Shown: positions 8,644-18,452 of the stretch, piece after piece
Position numbering within the stretch: the stretch's first letter is position 1
Layout of the letters: every line of letters starts with the position of its first letter
Assembly: GCA_035380865.1 (NCBI GenBank)
Contig: DAOSYA010000001.1
Coordinates: forward strand, 61,044-125,043
Direction: 5' to 3'
Length of the DNA: 64,000 nt
From: a bacterium
GTDB lineage: Bacteria > UBP15 > UBA6099
The notes under the pieces: model-generated
Told to the model about the DNA's origin: nothing
What the model saw: only the letters and a program-made list of their open reading frames with translations
The model's database searches: none
Position numbers and translations under genes: made by a program

Positions 8644-11043
8644 CTATTTTTCCCGGAGACTGCCCCCGAGTTTTTCTCCGATTTCTTTAACGATGTTATC
8701 AATGATCGGAGAAAGATCCTCATCGTTGAGGGTTCTGCTCTCATGCCTGAAATCAAGCGCGAAAGACACGCTCTTTTTTCCTTCTCCGATAACGTCTCCC
8801 TTGTAGACGTCGAAAAGCGTGAGAGCCGTCAGCAGCCCTGTTCCATTTTTGTAGATAATATCTTCTATATCCTGTGCCGAAGTTTCGTCGGACACGATTA
8901 TCGACAGGTCTCTTGCCATTGCCGGGAATCGCGAAATCGATTTATAAACAGGTTGCTCTCCGAGCAGAGTTTTAACATTGTCGAGGTCGAACACGGCGAT
9001 TGAAACAGTATCTTTGATTTCAAAGTTTTCGCTCACACCGGGATGAACTTCACCGAGCTCCCCGATTTTTGTCCCGTCCACGAAGAACTCACATTTCCTG
9101 TAAGGATGGAACATCTCGGAGCCGCCGGTTTTGAAAACAACTCTCTTTGTCGTCACTCCTTCGAGGAACTGTTCGACAATTCCCTTGAGGACATAGTAGT
9201 TGACCTGCCTGAACTGGTAGTCGGATTTCGTCGGTGTTACAAGAGAATTTCCGCAGGTTGCGATCACGAGAGAATCGGTTTCCGAAACATCGCTGCCGGA
9301 CTTGCTGAAGATGCGTCCGAGTTCGAACATTCTCAATGGTTTGTCACCGATGTTTTTATTGTTGTGAGCAACTATTTTAAGCATGCTCGGAACAATCGAA
9401 GGCCGCAGATGCGTGTGATCTTCAGTCAGCGGGTTTCTTATCTCAACCGCATCCGGCGTGTTTTCGGCCCAGATTTTTTTCAGTTCTTCTGTGTTGGTGA
9501 AACTGAATGAGACGGATTCCGTCAGTCCGCATCGAACGAGCAGCTCGCGGAGCTTTACGTTTTTCGACAGATTGGGCATCATTGCCGCCCGGTGCGTTTT
9601 TACATCGGGGAGGGAGGACGCGATCTTTTCATAGCCGTATATCCTTGCCACTTCTTCGGAAAGATCCTGCCAGATATGAATGTCCGTCCTGTGCCCGGGA
9701 ACGGTAACGGAAATTTCGTCACCTTTCTTTTCGATCAGGAAGCCGAGTTTTTCGAGCGACTCTATGATTATTTCGTCCGTGATTTCCGGGGCAATATAGT
9801 TGCGGATTTTTTCAGGTTTGACTGTTATCACGATCGGAACATGTTTGTTGGGATATTCATCGATCATGCCGCTTAAAGGTGTTCCCCACCCGTGTTTATG
9901 AATAAGGTAAGACGCATAATTCGAAGCGGCTGCGGAGCTTATAACGGGAACTCCTTTTTCGTATCTTACCGATGCTTCGGTTCTTAGCCCGAGAGAAACG
10001 GAGGTTCTCCTTATACTTCTCTGTTCAAACTGTGCTGATTCGAGCAGCATGTTGGTTGTTTTGTCCGTGATCTCGGTTAGCATTCCGCCCATCACGCCGG
10101 CGACGGCGACAGGCACGGATTTGTCGGCGATGACAAGCATATTTTCAGTCAGTTCCTGCTCGATATCGTCGATGGTGATGATCTTTTCGTCCTTTGCGGC
10201 CCTGCGGACTATTATGGCCCTGTCTTCGAGGGTGTCCAGATCGAACGCATGAAGCGGCTGGCCGGTTTCGAGCATCACATAGTTGGTGATGTCCACGATG
10301 CTGTTTATCGGGCGCATCCCGCAGGCTCTCAGCCTGCGTTTGATCTTCAGCGGCGACTCGCATATTTTAATATCGTGGAACAGCCTTCCCGTATACCTCG
10401 GGCAGAGGTCCGGGTCTTTTATCTCCACTGAATAATCGACATCGAGCTTCTCTTCCGGGAATTCCACATCGAACACGTTTTTCTTGAGAGGACTGCCAAG
10501 TATGGCGGACAGTTCGCGTGCTATTCCGAATACGCAAAGGAAATCGCCGCGGTTGGGGGTCATGTCGAAAGAGAAAACTTTGGTCGTGATCCCCATGACA
10601 TCGGGAACGCATTTGCCCACCCCGGCATTTTCCGGCAGTGGCAGAACCACGCCCTGGTCGTCCGAGTATTCGATGTCCCATTCCGACATTATCTTTGCAT
10701 CGGAGGTCACGCCGCTGAATTTCATCGGCTCCAGCTTCGAGCCGTCAGGGAACACGTATCCCTCATAAGCGACAGGAATAATCTCGCCTTTTTCAAAAGG
10801 GCGCAGGTTGGTCAGGACGATTCTCGGCTTGTCCGAACCACCGACGGTCAACACGTAAAAGTCTTCTCTTTTAGGGTGCTTTTCGCAACTGTCGATTACG
10901 CCGACGAAGGAATTATCGTAATCGAATCGTTCATCCAGAATCTCGCCGACCTCGAGGCCGGCCATCGTCAGTTTTTCAGCGATCTCTTCTATGGGTTCTT
11001 CGAAATCCACATATTCTTTGAGCCATTCAACGGGAATCTGCAT
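8644..11043 (-). CDS. pheT: phenylalanine--tRNA ligase beta subunit
   Basis: 799 aa. The N-terminus MQIPVEWLKEYVDFEEPIEEIAEKLTMAGLEVGEI is the classic PheT opening. It sits directly downstream of pheS. Confidence 0.95.
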   Translation of the reverse strand: MQIPVEWLKEYVDFEEPIEEIAEKLTMAGLEVGEILDERFDYDNSFVGVIDSCEKHPKREDFYVLTVGGSDKPRIVLTNLRPFEKGEIIPVAYEGYVFPDGSKLEPMKFSGVTSDAKIMSEWDIEYSDDQGVVLPLPENAGVGKCVPDVMGITTKVFSFDMTPNRGDFLCVFGIARELSAILGSPLKKNVFDVEFPEEKLDVDYSVEIKDPDLCPRYTGRLFHDIKICESPLKIKRRLRACGMRPINSIVDITNYVMLETGQPLHAFDLDTLEDRAIIVRRAAKDEKIITIDDIEQELTENMLVIADKSVPVAVAGVMGGMLTEITDKTTNMLLESAQFEQRSIRRTSVSLGLRTEASVRYEKGVPVISSAAASNYASYLIHKHGWGTPLSGMIDEYPNKHVPIVITVKPEKIRNYIAPEITDEIIIESLEKLGFLIEKKGDEISVTVPGHRTDIHIWQDLSEEVARIYGYEKIASSLPDVKTHRAAMMPNLSKNVKLRELLVRCGLTESVSFSFTNTEELKKIWAENTPDAVEIRNPLTEDHTHLRPSIVPSMLKIVAHNNKNIGDKPLRMFELGRIFSKSGSDVSETDSLVIATCGNSLVTPTKSDYQFRQVNYYVLKGIVEQFLEGVTTKRVVFKTGGSEMFHPYRKCEFFVDGTKIGELGEVHPGVSENFEIKDTVSIAVFDLDNVKTLLGEQPVYKSISRFPAMARDLSIIVSDETSAQDIEDIIYKNGTGLLTALTLFDVYKGDVIGEGKKSVSFALDFRHESRTLNDEDLSPIIDNIVKEIGEKLGGSLREK

Positions 11044-11074
11044 CGTTTCACTCCTTTATCGTAAGTTTGCTTTA

Positions 11075-12097
11075 TCAGAATTGTTCGAGGAATCTGAGGT
11101 CATTCTCATAAAGCAGCCTGATGTCGTCAATCTGGTATTTGAGCATAGCCACACGGTCGATCCCGATGCCGAACGCGAAACCGCTCACCTCATCCGGGTC
11201 GAGGCCGCCGTTACGGAGCACCTGCGGGTGAACCATTCCTGCGCCGAGTATCTCGATCCAGCCGCTCCTTTTGCAGACATTGCAGCCTTTGCCTCCGCAC
11301 ATTATGCACGATATGGCAATCTCCACGCTCGGCTCGGTAAACGGAAAATAGTCGGGGCGGAAGCGTGATTTCACGTCCTTGCCGAACATCTCCTTATTAA
11401 AGGCTTCGAGCACGGCCTTGAGGTGGCTCATTGTTATGTTCTTGTCGATCATCAGCCCCTCGATCTGGTTGAACACCGGCGAGTGGCTCGCGTCTACCGT
11501 GTCGCGGCGGAATGTTCTTCCCGGCGCCACCATCTGGATCGGGGTTTTCCCGATGCGTTCCATTGTCCTGATCTGAACGGGCGATGTCTGGGTTCTGAGA
11601 AGGGTCGAGTCCGAGATGTAGAAAGAGTCCTGTTCGTCGCGCGCCGGGTGGTCTGCGTGGAGATTGAGAGCTTCGAAATTGTACCATTCCGTCTCGACTT
11701 CCGGGCCCTCGACCACGTCGAATCCCATCGCAATGAATATCTCAGCCGCTTCGTTCCATATCCTTGTGAGAGGATGATATCTGCCGGCGGGAAACCTCAG
11801 TCCGGGCAGGCTGACATCCAGCCGCTGGGCCGCAATTTTTTCCTGAAGTTTCTTTTCATGAAGCACAGCTTTTCGGTTTTCAAACTCTTCTTCAAGCTTT
11901 ATTTTCACGGTGTTGATGTTTTCACCGAAAGCTTTTCTCATGTTGCTTGGCAGATCACGAATACGGGCCATCTGCTCGCCGATTCTGCCCTTTTTGCTGA
12001 GGAAAGCCGATTTTGTCTGTTGCAGATCCTGCATCGATTCCGCGGCTGTTATCGCCGCGGTACCTTCCTCGATCAATACTTCAAGTTCCCGGTCCAT
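11075..12097 (-). CDS. pheS: phenylalanine--tRNA ligase alpha subunit
   Basis: Class II aaRS motifs FRPDYFPFTEPSVEI and GWIEILGAGMVHP. The start is taken at the internal ATG (MDRELEV...) that abuts the stop of the upstream gene at 12099. Confidence 0.92.
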   Translation of the reverse strand: MDRELEVLIEEGTAAITAAESMQDLQQTKSAFLSKKGRIGEQMARIRDLPSNMRKAFGENINTVKIKLEEEFENRKAVLHEKKLQEKIAAQRLDVSLPGLRFPAGRYHPLTRIWNEAAEIFIAMGFDVVEGPEVETEWYNFEALNLHADHPARDEQDSFYISDSTLLRTQTSPVQIRTMERIGKTPIQMVAPGRTFRRDTVDASHSPVFNQIEGLMIDKNITMSHLKAVLEAFNKEMFGKDVKSRFRPDYFPFTEPSVEIAISCIMCGGKGCNVCKRSGWIEILGAGMVHPQVLRNGGLDPDEVSGFAFGIGIDRVAMLKYQIDDIRLLYENDLRFLEQF

Positions 12098-12098
12098 T

Positions 12099-12941
12099 TC
12101 AAACACCTTCTTTATCTTGTTTTTCCATCCCCGCAAATCTCGCAAGGTAGAGTATTATTCCTGATGAAACAGCTACGTTCAAGGATTCCGTTTTTCCCCA
12201 CATCGGAAGAGTGATCATCAAATCGAGCTGCTTTGTTATTTCGTAATCCAGCCCGGTTCCCTCGTTGCCCATGACCAGCATGAGTTTCTCGGGCGGATTT
12301 TCCATCCATTGAGTAACAGGCAATCCGCCGGAGACTGATGTGCCGACGATCTGTGCTCCTTCTTCCCTTGCGGTTTCGATCACGAGGCTGCTGTCTTCGC
12401 CTGCGATGATCGGGTGATGAAAAACAGCGCCCATCGAGGTCTGGACAGCGGTCGGGTTGAAGGGATCGGTTGAGCCCGGGGGAGCAAAAAACGCGCTCAC
12501 GCCCGCCGCTTCCGCTGTGCGGATAAGCAAACCCATGTTGCGCGGATCCTGAATCCCGTGAGCAAGTATGGACAATCCGCTGAAATCTGCGTCGCTTATC
12601 GAAAGCTCTTTTTTCATCGAGACCTCCGCAACGACGCCCTGGGTGGTTTCGGAACGGCTCACTTTTTTCATAAGCTGCCGCGGCACGTAGTAAATTCTTA
12701 TGCGTTTTTGAATGCAGAGATCCACAATTTTCCGTATCGAATCGCTTGTTTCGAGTTCCTCTGAAATAAGGATATTGTGGACATAGGAATTTTTTGCATT
12801 AAGCGCTTCCCTGACGATGCGGATGCCGTCTGCGAGGAAGTGTCCGGTCTGCTTTCTGCCCTTGCGCGAGTTCAGCTCGACAAAACTCTTGATGGTTTTG
12901 TTCTGAGGGCTTTCTATCCTTAGTTCCAGGTTGTTCTGCAT
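12099..12941 (-). CDS. TrmH/SpoU-family RNA 2'-O-methyltransferase
   Basis: The C-terminal SpoU knot region has LVMGNEGTGL and ESLNVAVSSGIILY. The position between rplT and pheS matches the arrangement known from Bacillus (ysgA). Confidence 0.85.
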   Translation of the reverse strand: MQNNLELRIESPQNKTIKSFVELNSRKGRKQTGHFLADGIRIVREALNAKNSYVHNILISEELETSDSIRKIVDLCIQKRIRIYYVPRQLMKKVSRSETTQGVVAEVSMKKELSISDADFSGLSILAHGIQDPRNMGLLIRTAEAAGVSAFFAPPGSTDPFNPTAVQTSMGAVFHHPIIAGEDSSLVIETAREEGAQIVGTSVSGGLPVTQWMENPPEKLMLVMGNEGTGLDYEITKQLDLMITLPMWGKTESLNVAVSSGIILYLARFAGMEKQDKEGV

Positions 12942-12956
12942 TTAATCTTTTTCCCT

Positions 12957-12997
12957 AAATAGAAACGCCGCCTCGACCGTTGGAAAGCGAAGCGGCG
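12957..12997 (-). terminator. rho-independent terminator or attenuator after rplT
   Basis: On the minus-strand RNA, cgccgcuucg pairs with cgaggcggcg (10 bp with one G-U). The tail is uuucuauuu. Confidence 0.55.
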
Positions 12998-13038
12998 CGG
13001 ATTTCGATGATCTGTCTTTAAGCCTGCTGAATAATGGT

Positions 13039-13395
13039 TCAGGCAGCGTTTCCCTTGACTGTTTCAACGAGTTTTGCGAAAGCGTCAGGGTTATGAATAG
13101 CCATCTCCGAAAGGGCTTTTCGATCGAGCTCGATACCGGCCTTTTTCAGAGAAGCCATAAAGACACTGTAGGATATGCCGTGTTGTCTGGTCGCTGCATT
13201 GATCCTGGCGATCCAGAGTTTGCGGAAATCCCGTTTTTTGTTCCTTCTGTCTCTGTAGGCGTATGCATCGGCATGCATAACAGCCTCGTGAGCGTTTTTA
13301 TAGTGCCTGCTTCTTGTTCCCCTGTAGCCTTTAGAACGTTTGAGGACTTTCCTCATCTTGTTTCTTGACAACATTGCATTTTTTACGCGTGGCAT
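13039..13395 (-). CDS. rplT: 50S ribosomal protein L20
   Basis: [26 protein letters not shown]...WIARINAA is the canonical L20 sequence. Confidence 0.95.
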   Translation of the reverse strand: MPRVKNAMLSRNKMRKVLKRSKGYRGTRSRHYKNAHEAVMHADAYAYRDRRNKKRDFRKLWIARINAATRQHGISYSVFMASLKKAGIELDRKALSEMAIHNPDAFAKLVETVKGNAA

Positions 13396-13428
13396 GATTA
13401 CTGCTCCTTATAAAAACACGAACATGTG

Positions 13429-13623
13429 TTACATTCCGGTCAACTTCTTAACCTGTTCAAGCTGGCCGCCTGTTACGGTTGCCATAAGTTTAAGGCGCCG
13501 TTTCCTTTTTCTGCTTTTTCCTGAGAGCAGATGTCCCATTCCTTCTTTTTTCCGGACGATTTTCCCGGAACCTGTTTTCCGGAAGCGTTTTGCTGCTCCC
13601 CTGTGCGTTTTCATCTTAGGCAT
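13429..13623 (-). CDS. rpmI: 50S ribosomal protein L35
   Basis: MPKMKTHRGAAKRFRKTGSGKI is the canonical L35 N-terminus. Confidence 0.93.
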   Translation of the reverse strand: MPKMKTHRGAAKRFRKTGSGKIVRKKEGMGHLLSGKSRKRKRRLKLMATVTGGQLEQVKKLTGM

Positions 13624-13630
13624 TTCTCTG

Positions 13631-14170
13631 TCATCCCTGCTTTTTTAAGGGCGCAAGTATCATTATCATATTGCGGCCCTCTAATTTCGGCATTCTCTCT
13701 ATCGTAGAGTTTTCTTTATGCACATCCGCGAGCCTTAACAACAGGTCTCTACCTATCTCGGTAAAGTCCATCTCGCGGCCTCTGAACATAATTGTAGCTT
13801 TTACTTTGTCTCCGTCCTCCAGGAACCTTTTAACGTGATTCGATTTGAAGTTAAAATCGTGATCGCCTATCTTGGGCCGAAGTTTGATTTCCTTTAGTGT
13901 AGAAGTATGGCTTTTAGACTTCTTTGTTTTTTTACGTTTCTCGTACAGGTATTTGCCGTAATCCATGATCCGGCATACCGGCGGATCCGCATCCGGCGCA
14001 ACTTCTACCAGATCAAGATCTTTCTCCTGAGCGGCTTTAAGCGCTTCTTCAATCGATATTACTCCGAGTAAGTCTCCGTCGTCGGTAATCGTTCGCACCA
14101 TTCGTGCCTTGATCTCTTCATTGACCCGGGTTTTCTGCACGTAAACGTGTTTCTTCGACCGTTTTTTCAA
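13631..14170 (-). CDS. infC: translation initiation factor IF-3
   Basis: RVNEEIKARMVR...DLDLVEVAPDADPPVCRIMDYGKYLYE. The first in-frame start in the track is TTG at 14170. IF-3 genes typically use unusual start codons, so the exact start is uncertain. Confidence 0.9.
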   Translation of the reverse strand: MKKRSKKHVYVQKTRVNEEIKARMVRTITDDGDLLGVISIEEALKAAQEKDLDLVEVAPDADPPVCRIMDYGKYLYEKRKKTKKSKSHTSTLKEIKLRPKIGDHDFNFKSNHVKRFLEDGDKVKATIMFRGREMDFTEIGRDLLLRLADVHKENSTIERMPKLEGRNMIMILAPLKKQG

Positions 14171-14343
14171 GTTGTTCCCGCAGAACCTCTCTTTCTTTTT
14201 AATCGGTTTTATTCAAACCGGACTTTGTAATATAGCAAATTACCTATATTACGTCAATAGACAACCAACCATATCCGGTACAGAACCGATTACTTGATTT
14301 CAATTCCTGACATAAAATACAATCGGCATAAGCAGATCGATTT

Positions 14344-14415
14344 TGGGTGGTACTGGATTCGAACCAGTGACCTTCTGCACGTCAAGCAGACGTTCTCCCC
14401 CTGAACTAACCACCC
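14344..14415 (-). tRNA. tRNA-Val (anticodon GAC)
   Basis: Hand-folded cloverleaf. Acceptor GGGTGGT/ACCACCC with discriminator A, D-stem GTTC/GAAC, anticodon stem TCTGC/GCAGA with loop TTGACGT, and T-arm ACTGG-TTCGAAT-CCAGT. No CCA is encoded. Confidence 0.9.
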
Positions 14416-14423
14416 ACATTGCA

Positions 14424-14495
<72 letters not shown>

Positions 14496-14720
14496 GATAA
14501 CGCGACCAGTTCAACATTCTAAGCTGAACCTTTTCAGGTGTCAAGAACAAGAAATCCTTTTAAATACAGGCGTTATTGGAAAATTTGTCTTTTTAAAAGC
14601 TTTTTGCGATTCCCGGGGCGCGGCGCGCGTTGACATGTTATGCTGTTAGACATACTATTTTTTAACCTGAACAAGGTTTTCTTATTTGTGTTGGTTGTTT
14701 TACAGCTTGCGAGGTGCATC

Positions 14721-16220
14721 ATGGCAAAGAGAATTGTAATGATTGGCATTGACGGGTGTCATCAGCAGACGCTTTACGGTTTGATCGACAGGGGCGAAGT
14801 ACCTTTTTTCAACTGGATGATGGAAAACGGTACGAGGGTCGAGAGAGCGGTGACGATGTTTCCCGCGACGACGGGTTGTTGCTGGTCTTCGATTTATACC
14901 GGCGATTTTTATAAAAAGCACGGTGTTTTGAACAACGAGTGGATCGACAGATTTTCGGTCCCCGTGCGTGGGAGGTCTTATCTCAACGGGCTTCACGAGG
15001 CGCTGCATTCGCTGGACAGGCGGCTGTTCGGGTTTCCGTCGCTGCTTCTGCCGGACAGGAACGAGGGCGGGCAGATGAATAATGATCTGCAAAGCAAAAC
15101 CGTTTTCGAGTGGATCGGCGGGGCGGGGAAAACTTCATATTCTTTTTTCCATTTTTTCGCTAAAGGCGCCACCCGCTGGGTCAGGCCCGGCAAAAGGGAT
15201 ATGGTGCGTTACGCTTATGTCGAGAAGTTTGAAAAGCCGTATCAGATTTATGAAAAAATGCTCAAAACCCGTGTGATAGAAACAATCAGGAAGCATGGGC
15301 CGGCGGATTTTCTGTCGATTTATTTCGGCAGCAACGACAGCCACGGCCACAGGCACGGCGTTGAAGGCCAGGCGGAATATCTACGCGATTTTATCGACGG
15401 CGAGCTCTGTGAAATCCGGGCCGAAATCGAGAGGGTGTGTCCGGATGATGAAATATACTGGGCGGTTGTCTCCGATCATGGACAGACCAGCATCGGCGAG
15501 ACTGAAAGAAATCGCTGCATGTGGTACACGGATGTTATTCCTTTAATTGAGGATGCCGGGTATTCGGCGCCGGGCAGGGGCCTGTCATCCAATGAGCTGG
15601 ACGGGCTCGATTCCATTCTGACGCAGGGCAACGGCGCATGTGTCGGGATTTACCTGAGAAACAGGAGTACCGGTTCATGGAAAGACCAGCCGGATTTCGA
15701 GAAGGATGTCGTTCCGGTTCTGAACAATTTTCTGAGAGCTTCCGCGACTGAAGGACGTTTCGGGGACTGGAAGTATCCGGGATTTGTGGATTTTCTGCTG
15801 ACGAGAAAACGGTTCGATGAACCATATCGTGTTTACCGGAACAGTCCGCCGTTCGAGGGAGTGGGGGAACTTGTTGAACTGGAAGATTTTTTCAGCGGCG
15901 ATGCGGAGAAATATGTTGAGCCGGTGATCAGGATAAGGGGCACGGATAATCCGAAGAATGCGGATATTCATCTGGTGCTGAATTATTTCGATATGCATTA
16001 CAATATAAATGCGGAAGACAATTTTCATCCCGGACAGCACGGCGCATTGTGCCCTGAGGATTCGATCGTGCCGATGATGTTTGCCGGGCCGGGTGTAAAA
16101 AAAGAAGGAATCGCGTCGGCTTTCACGACAAATTTTGCGCCTACGCTCGCGGGAATCCTGGGCGTGGAGATGGATTGTGACGGCGGGCCGCTTGATATAA
16201 TGGAAGGCGCCGGGAAATAG
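14721..16220 (+). CDS. alkaline-phosphatase-superfamily protein (type I phosphodiesterase/nucleotide pyrophosphatase-like), apparently cytoplasmic
   Basis: IGIDGCH (metal Asp), FPATTGCCWSSIYTG (nucleophile Thr region) and VVSDHGQT. The start is placed at ATG 14721 (MAKRIVMIG) behind GAGGTG. No signal peptide is visible from that start. Confidence 0.7.
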   Translation: MAKRIVMIGIDGCHQQTLYGLIDRGEVPFFNWMMENGTRVERAVTMFPATTGCCWSSIYTGDFYKKHGVLNNEWIDRFSVPVRGRSYLNGLHEALHSLDRRLFGFPSLLLPDRNEGGQMNNDLQSKTVFEWIGGAGKTSYSFFHFFAKGATRWVRPGKRDMVRYAYVEKFEKPYQIYEKMLKTRVIETIRKHGPADFLSIYFGSNDSHGHRHGVEGQAEYLRDFIDGELCEIRAEIERVCPDDEIYWAVVSDHGQTSIGETERNRCMWYTDVIPLIEDAGYSAPGRGLSSNELDGLDSILTQGNGACVGIYLRNRSTGSWKDQPDFEKDVVPVLNNFLRASATEGRFGDWKYPGFVDFLLTRKRFDEPYRVYRNSPPFEGVGELVELEDFFSGDAEKYVEPVIRIRGTDNPKNADIHLVLNYFDMHYNINAEDNFHPGQHGALCPEDSIVPMMFAGPGVKKEGIASAFTTNFAPTLAGILGVEMDCDGGPLDIMEGAGK

Positions 16221-16225
16221 ATAAT

Positions 16226-17017
16226 ATGCTCGATGATAACAGGCGAAAAAGATATAGCCGTCACCTGATTCTGCCGCAGGTGGGAGAAGCGGGACAGGAG
16301 AAACTGCTTGCCGCGAGCGTTCTCGTCGTGGGCGCCGGCGGGTTGGGATCGCCGGTTATTTACTATCTCGCGGCGGCGGGGGTGGGCCGTATCGGGGTTG
16401 TGGATTCCGATGTGGTGGACGTGAGTAATCTCCAGAGGCAGATTCTGCATGGCACGGGCGATGTCGGGCGGCTGAAGGTCGAGTCCGCGCGCGCGAGGAT
16501 CGCGGAGTTGAACCCGGATGTCGAGATGGTGCCGATTGCCGGGCGGGCGGAGCCGGACAATGTGATGGGCCTGATCGAAGGGTATGATGTCGTGGTTGAT
16601 GCGTGCGACAATTTCCCGACGCGGTACCTGGTTAACGACGCATGCGTTTTGCAGAAAAAACCGTTTGTCTATGGCAGCGTTTACCAGTTTGAGGGACAGG
16701 CGAGCGTTTTTTCGAAGGAAGGCGGGCCGTGTTACCGATGTATGTTTCCCGATCCTCCGGATTCCGATCTCGTTGCGGACGAGTCCGACCCGGGGATACT
16801 GGGTGTTGTTCCGGGGGTGATCGGCAATGTGCAGGCCGCCGAGACGATCAAATTAATTGTCGGGACAGGAGAATCCCTGAGCGGAAGGTTCCTGCTGTTT
16901 GATGCGTTGAAAATGCGGTTCAACGAATTGAGCATAAAGCGCGACCCGGATTGCAGGGTTTGCGGCGACTCGCCCGGGATTACGGAAATCGACCCCGGCG
17001 AAGTATCATATAACTGA
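16226..17017 (+). CDS. MoeB/ThiF/HesA-family adenylyltransferase (E1-like)
   Basis: RYSRHLILPQVGEAGQEKL, the nucleotide loop VVGAGGLGSPV, NLQRQILH, and two CxxC pairs (CYRC, CRVC). Confidence 0.85.
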   Translation: MLDDNRRKRYSRHLILPQVGEAGQEKLLAASVLVVGAGGLGSPVIYYLAAAGVGRIGVVDSDVVDVSNLQRQILHGTGDVGRLKVESARARIAELNPDVEMVPIAGRAEPDNVMGLIEGYDVVVDACDNFPTRYLVNDACVLQKKPFVYGSVYQFEGQASVFSKEGGPCYRCMFPDPPDSDLVADESDPGILGVVPGVIGNVQAAETIKLIVGTGESLSGRFLLFDALKMRFNELSIKRDPDCRVCGDSPGITEIDPGEVSYN

Positions 17018-17121
17018 ATCCATGACAAAATTCCAACCGTTTTAGTTATAATAATCTCATCTTTTGCTATATAATTCTATTTTACAATATCAGGATTGAG
17101 GCGGTTATTTAAAGACTGATT

Positions 17122-18423
17122 ATGTATAAAAGGCCATGGTTGCTTGCTCTGATTGATGCGGTGCTGCTCAACGCCTGTATTCTGGGCGTTTTTTCGGTTC
17201 GCTTCATTCATGGCATGCCGGACCGGAACATCAGCGCGTATCAGAACAACTGGTTTTACATAACAGCGATTTTTGCTTGCCTGTTTTATTTCAACGGTTT
17301 ATATGATTTCGACGAGGACGATGATGGGGTTTCGATCCTGTTCAAGGTTTTTTCGTCCGTCTCTTTCGGCACGATTTCGATCATGGCACTGACGTTTCTC
17401 AGCCGGAATTTCGAATTCCCGAGAACCGTTATCATTATTTCATACTTCCTTCTGAACATCATGTACGCGGTTCTGCACATAGTTGTCCAGAGGCGGTTCA
17501 GGGTCGTGTGCCCCAGCAGGCACATAATGATTCTCGGCGGCGATGCGAGATGTGCGCACATAGAGAAAATGGTGCTCGAAAACCCGCAGAGGTATACGCT
17601 CGAAGGATGTGTGAATCCCGAGCAGATCGAGTTGTTGTATGAAGCAGCGGGAGAAGGAAGAATAAATTTCGTCGCGATAATGGACGATGTAGAAGACGCG
17701 CAGGAGATCGCTTTCAGGCTCGATGTCGAGTACCCGGGGCTTCGTGTTTATTTTGTGCCGCGTGTCGAGGAGATAATGATCGGGACGAGGCACGACACCG
17801 TGATAGGCGATGTTCCTCTGGTGGCGTTTGCGAGCGGGATATTCCTGAAAAGGTATTTTCTGTTGAAACGATTGACGGACATAGTGATATCGGTGATCGG
17901 GCTTCTGGCGCTATCGCCGTTTCTGCTGCTCATTGCGGTCGGTATAAAACTGACGTCGAAGGGACCGGTTTTTTACTCGCAGGACCGCGTGGGCCGTGAC
18001 GGAAAGTTGTTTGATATTCTCAAGTTCAGGACAATGGTGAAGGGGGCCGAGGAACCGACCGGGCCGATGCTTTCGAGCGACCACGACCCGAGGGTGACTC
18101 TTATCGGCAAACCGCTCAGGCGGTTCAAGCTGGATGAGATGCCCCAGTTGATAAATGTCATCAAAGGCGACATGAGCCTTGTCGGGCCGAGACCGGAGAG
18201 GCCGGAGTTTGTCGAGAAATTCGAGCAGAGCCTGCCTGCTTATGTTTACCGGAAAAAGGTGCTGCCGGGAATGACGGGGATCGCGCAGGTGTGCGGGAGA
18301 TATGAAACCGACCCGTCTCTGAAGCTGAAGTATGATCTCATCTATATTTACAATTACAACCCGTGGATGGATTTCGCGCTGATCTATCAGACGTTCCAGT
18401 ATATTCTGAGATCGAATATCTGA
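17122..18423 (+). CDS. polyprenyl-phosphate sugar phosphotransferase (WbaP/EpsL-type bacterial sugar transferase)
   Basis: N-terminal TM segments are followed by the conserved C-domain KRLTDIVISVIGLLALSPFLL...SKGPVFYSQDRVG...FKFRTM...DEMPQLINVIKGDMSLVGPRP. Confidence 0.85.
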   Translation: MYKRPWLLALIDAVLLNACILGVFSVRFIHGMPDRNISAYQNNWFYITAIFACLFYFNGLYDFDEDDDGVSILFKVFSSVSFGTISIMALTFLSRNFEFPRTVIIISYFLLNIMYAVLHIVVQRRFRVVCPSRHIMILGGDARCAHIEKMVLENPQRYTLEGCVNPEQIELLYEAAGEGRINFVAIMDDVEDAQEIAFRLDVEYPGLRVYFVPRVEEIMIGTRHDTVIGDVPLVAFASGIFLKRYFLLKRLTDIVISVIGLLALSPFLLLIAVGIKLTSKGPVFYSQDRVGRDGKLFDILKFRTMVKGAEEPTGPMLSSDHDPRVTLIGKPLRRFKLDEMPQLINVIKGDMSLVGPRPERPEFVEKFEQSLPAYVYRKKVLPGMTGIAQVCGRYETDPSLKLKYDLIYIYNYNPWMDFALIYQTFQYILRSNI

Positions 18424-18452
18424 CCGGAAGAAAAGGAAGAAGGGGACAGCAA

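Noticed and set aside
16226-17017. E1-like ThiF protein as part of a ubiquitin-like conjugation or anti-phage (CBASS/Bil-type) system
   Set aside because: It has ordinary MoeB/ThiF size and motifs. No E2, JAB, beta-grasp, cyclase or effector gene is nearby.
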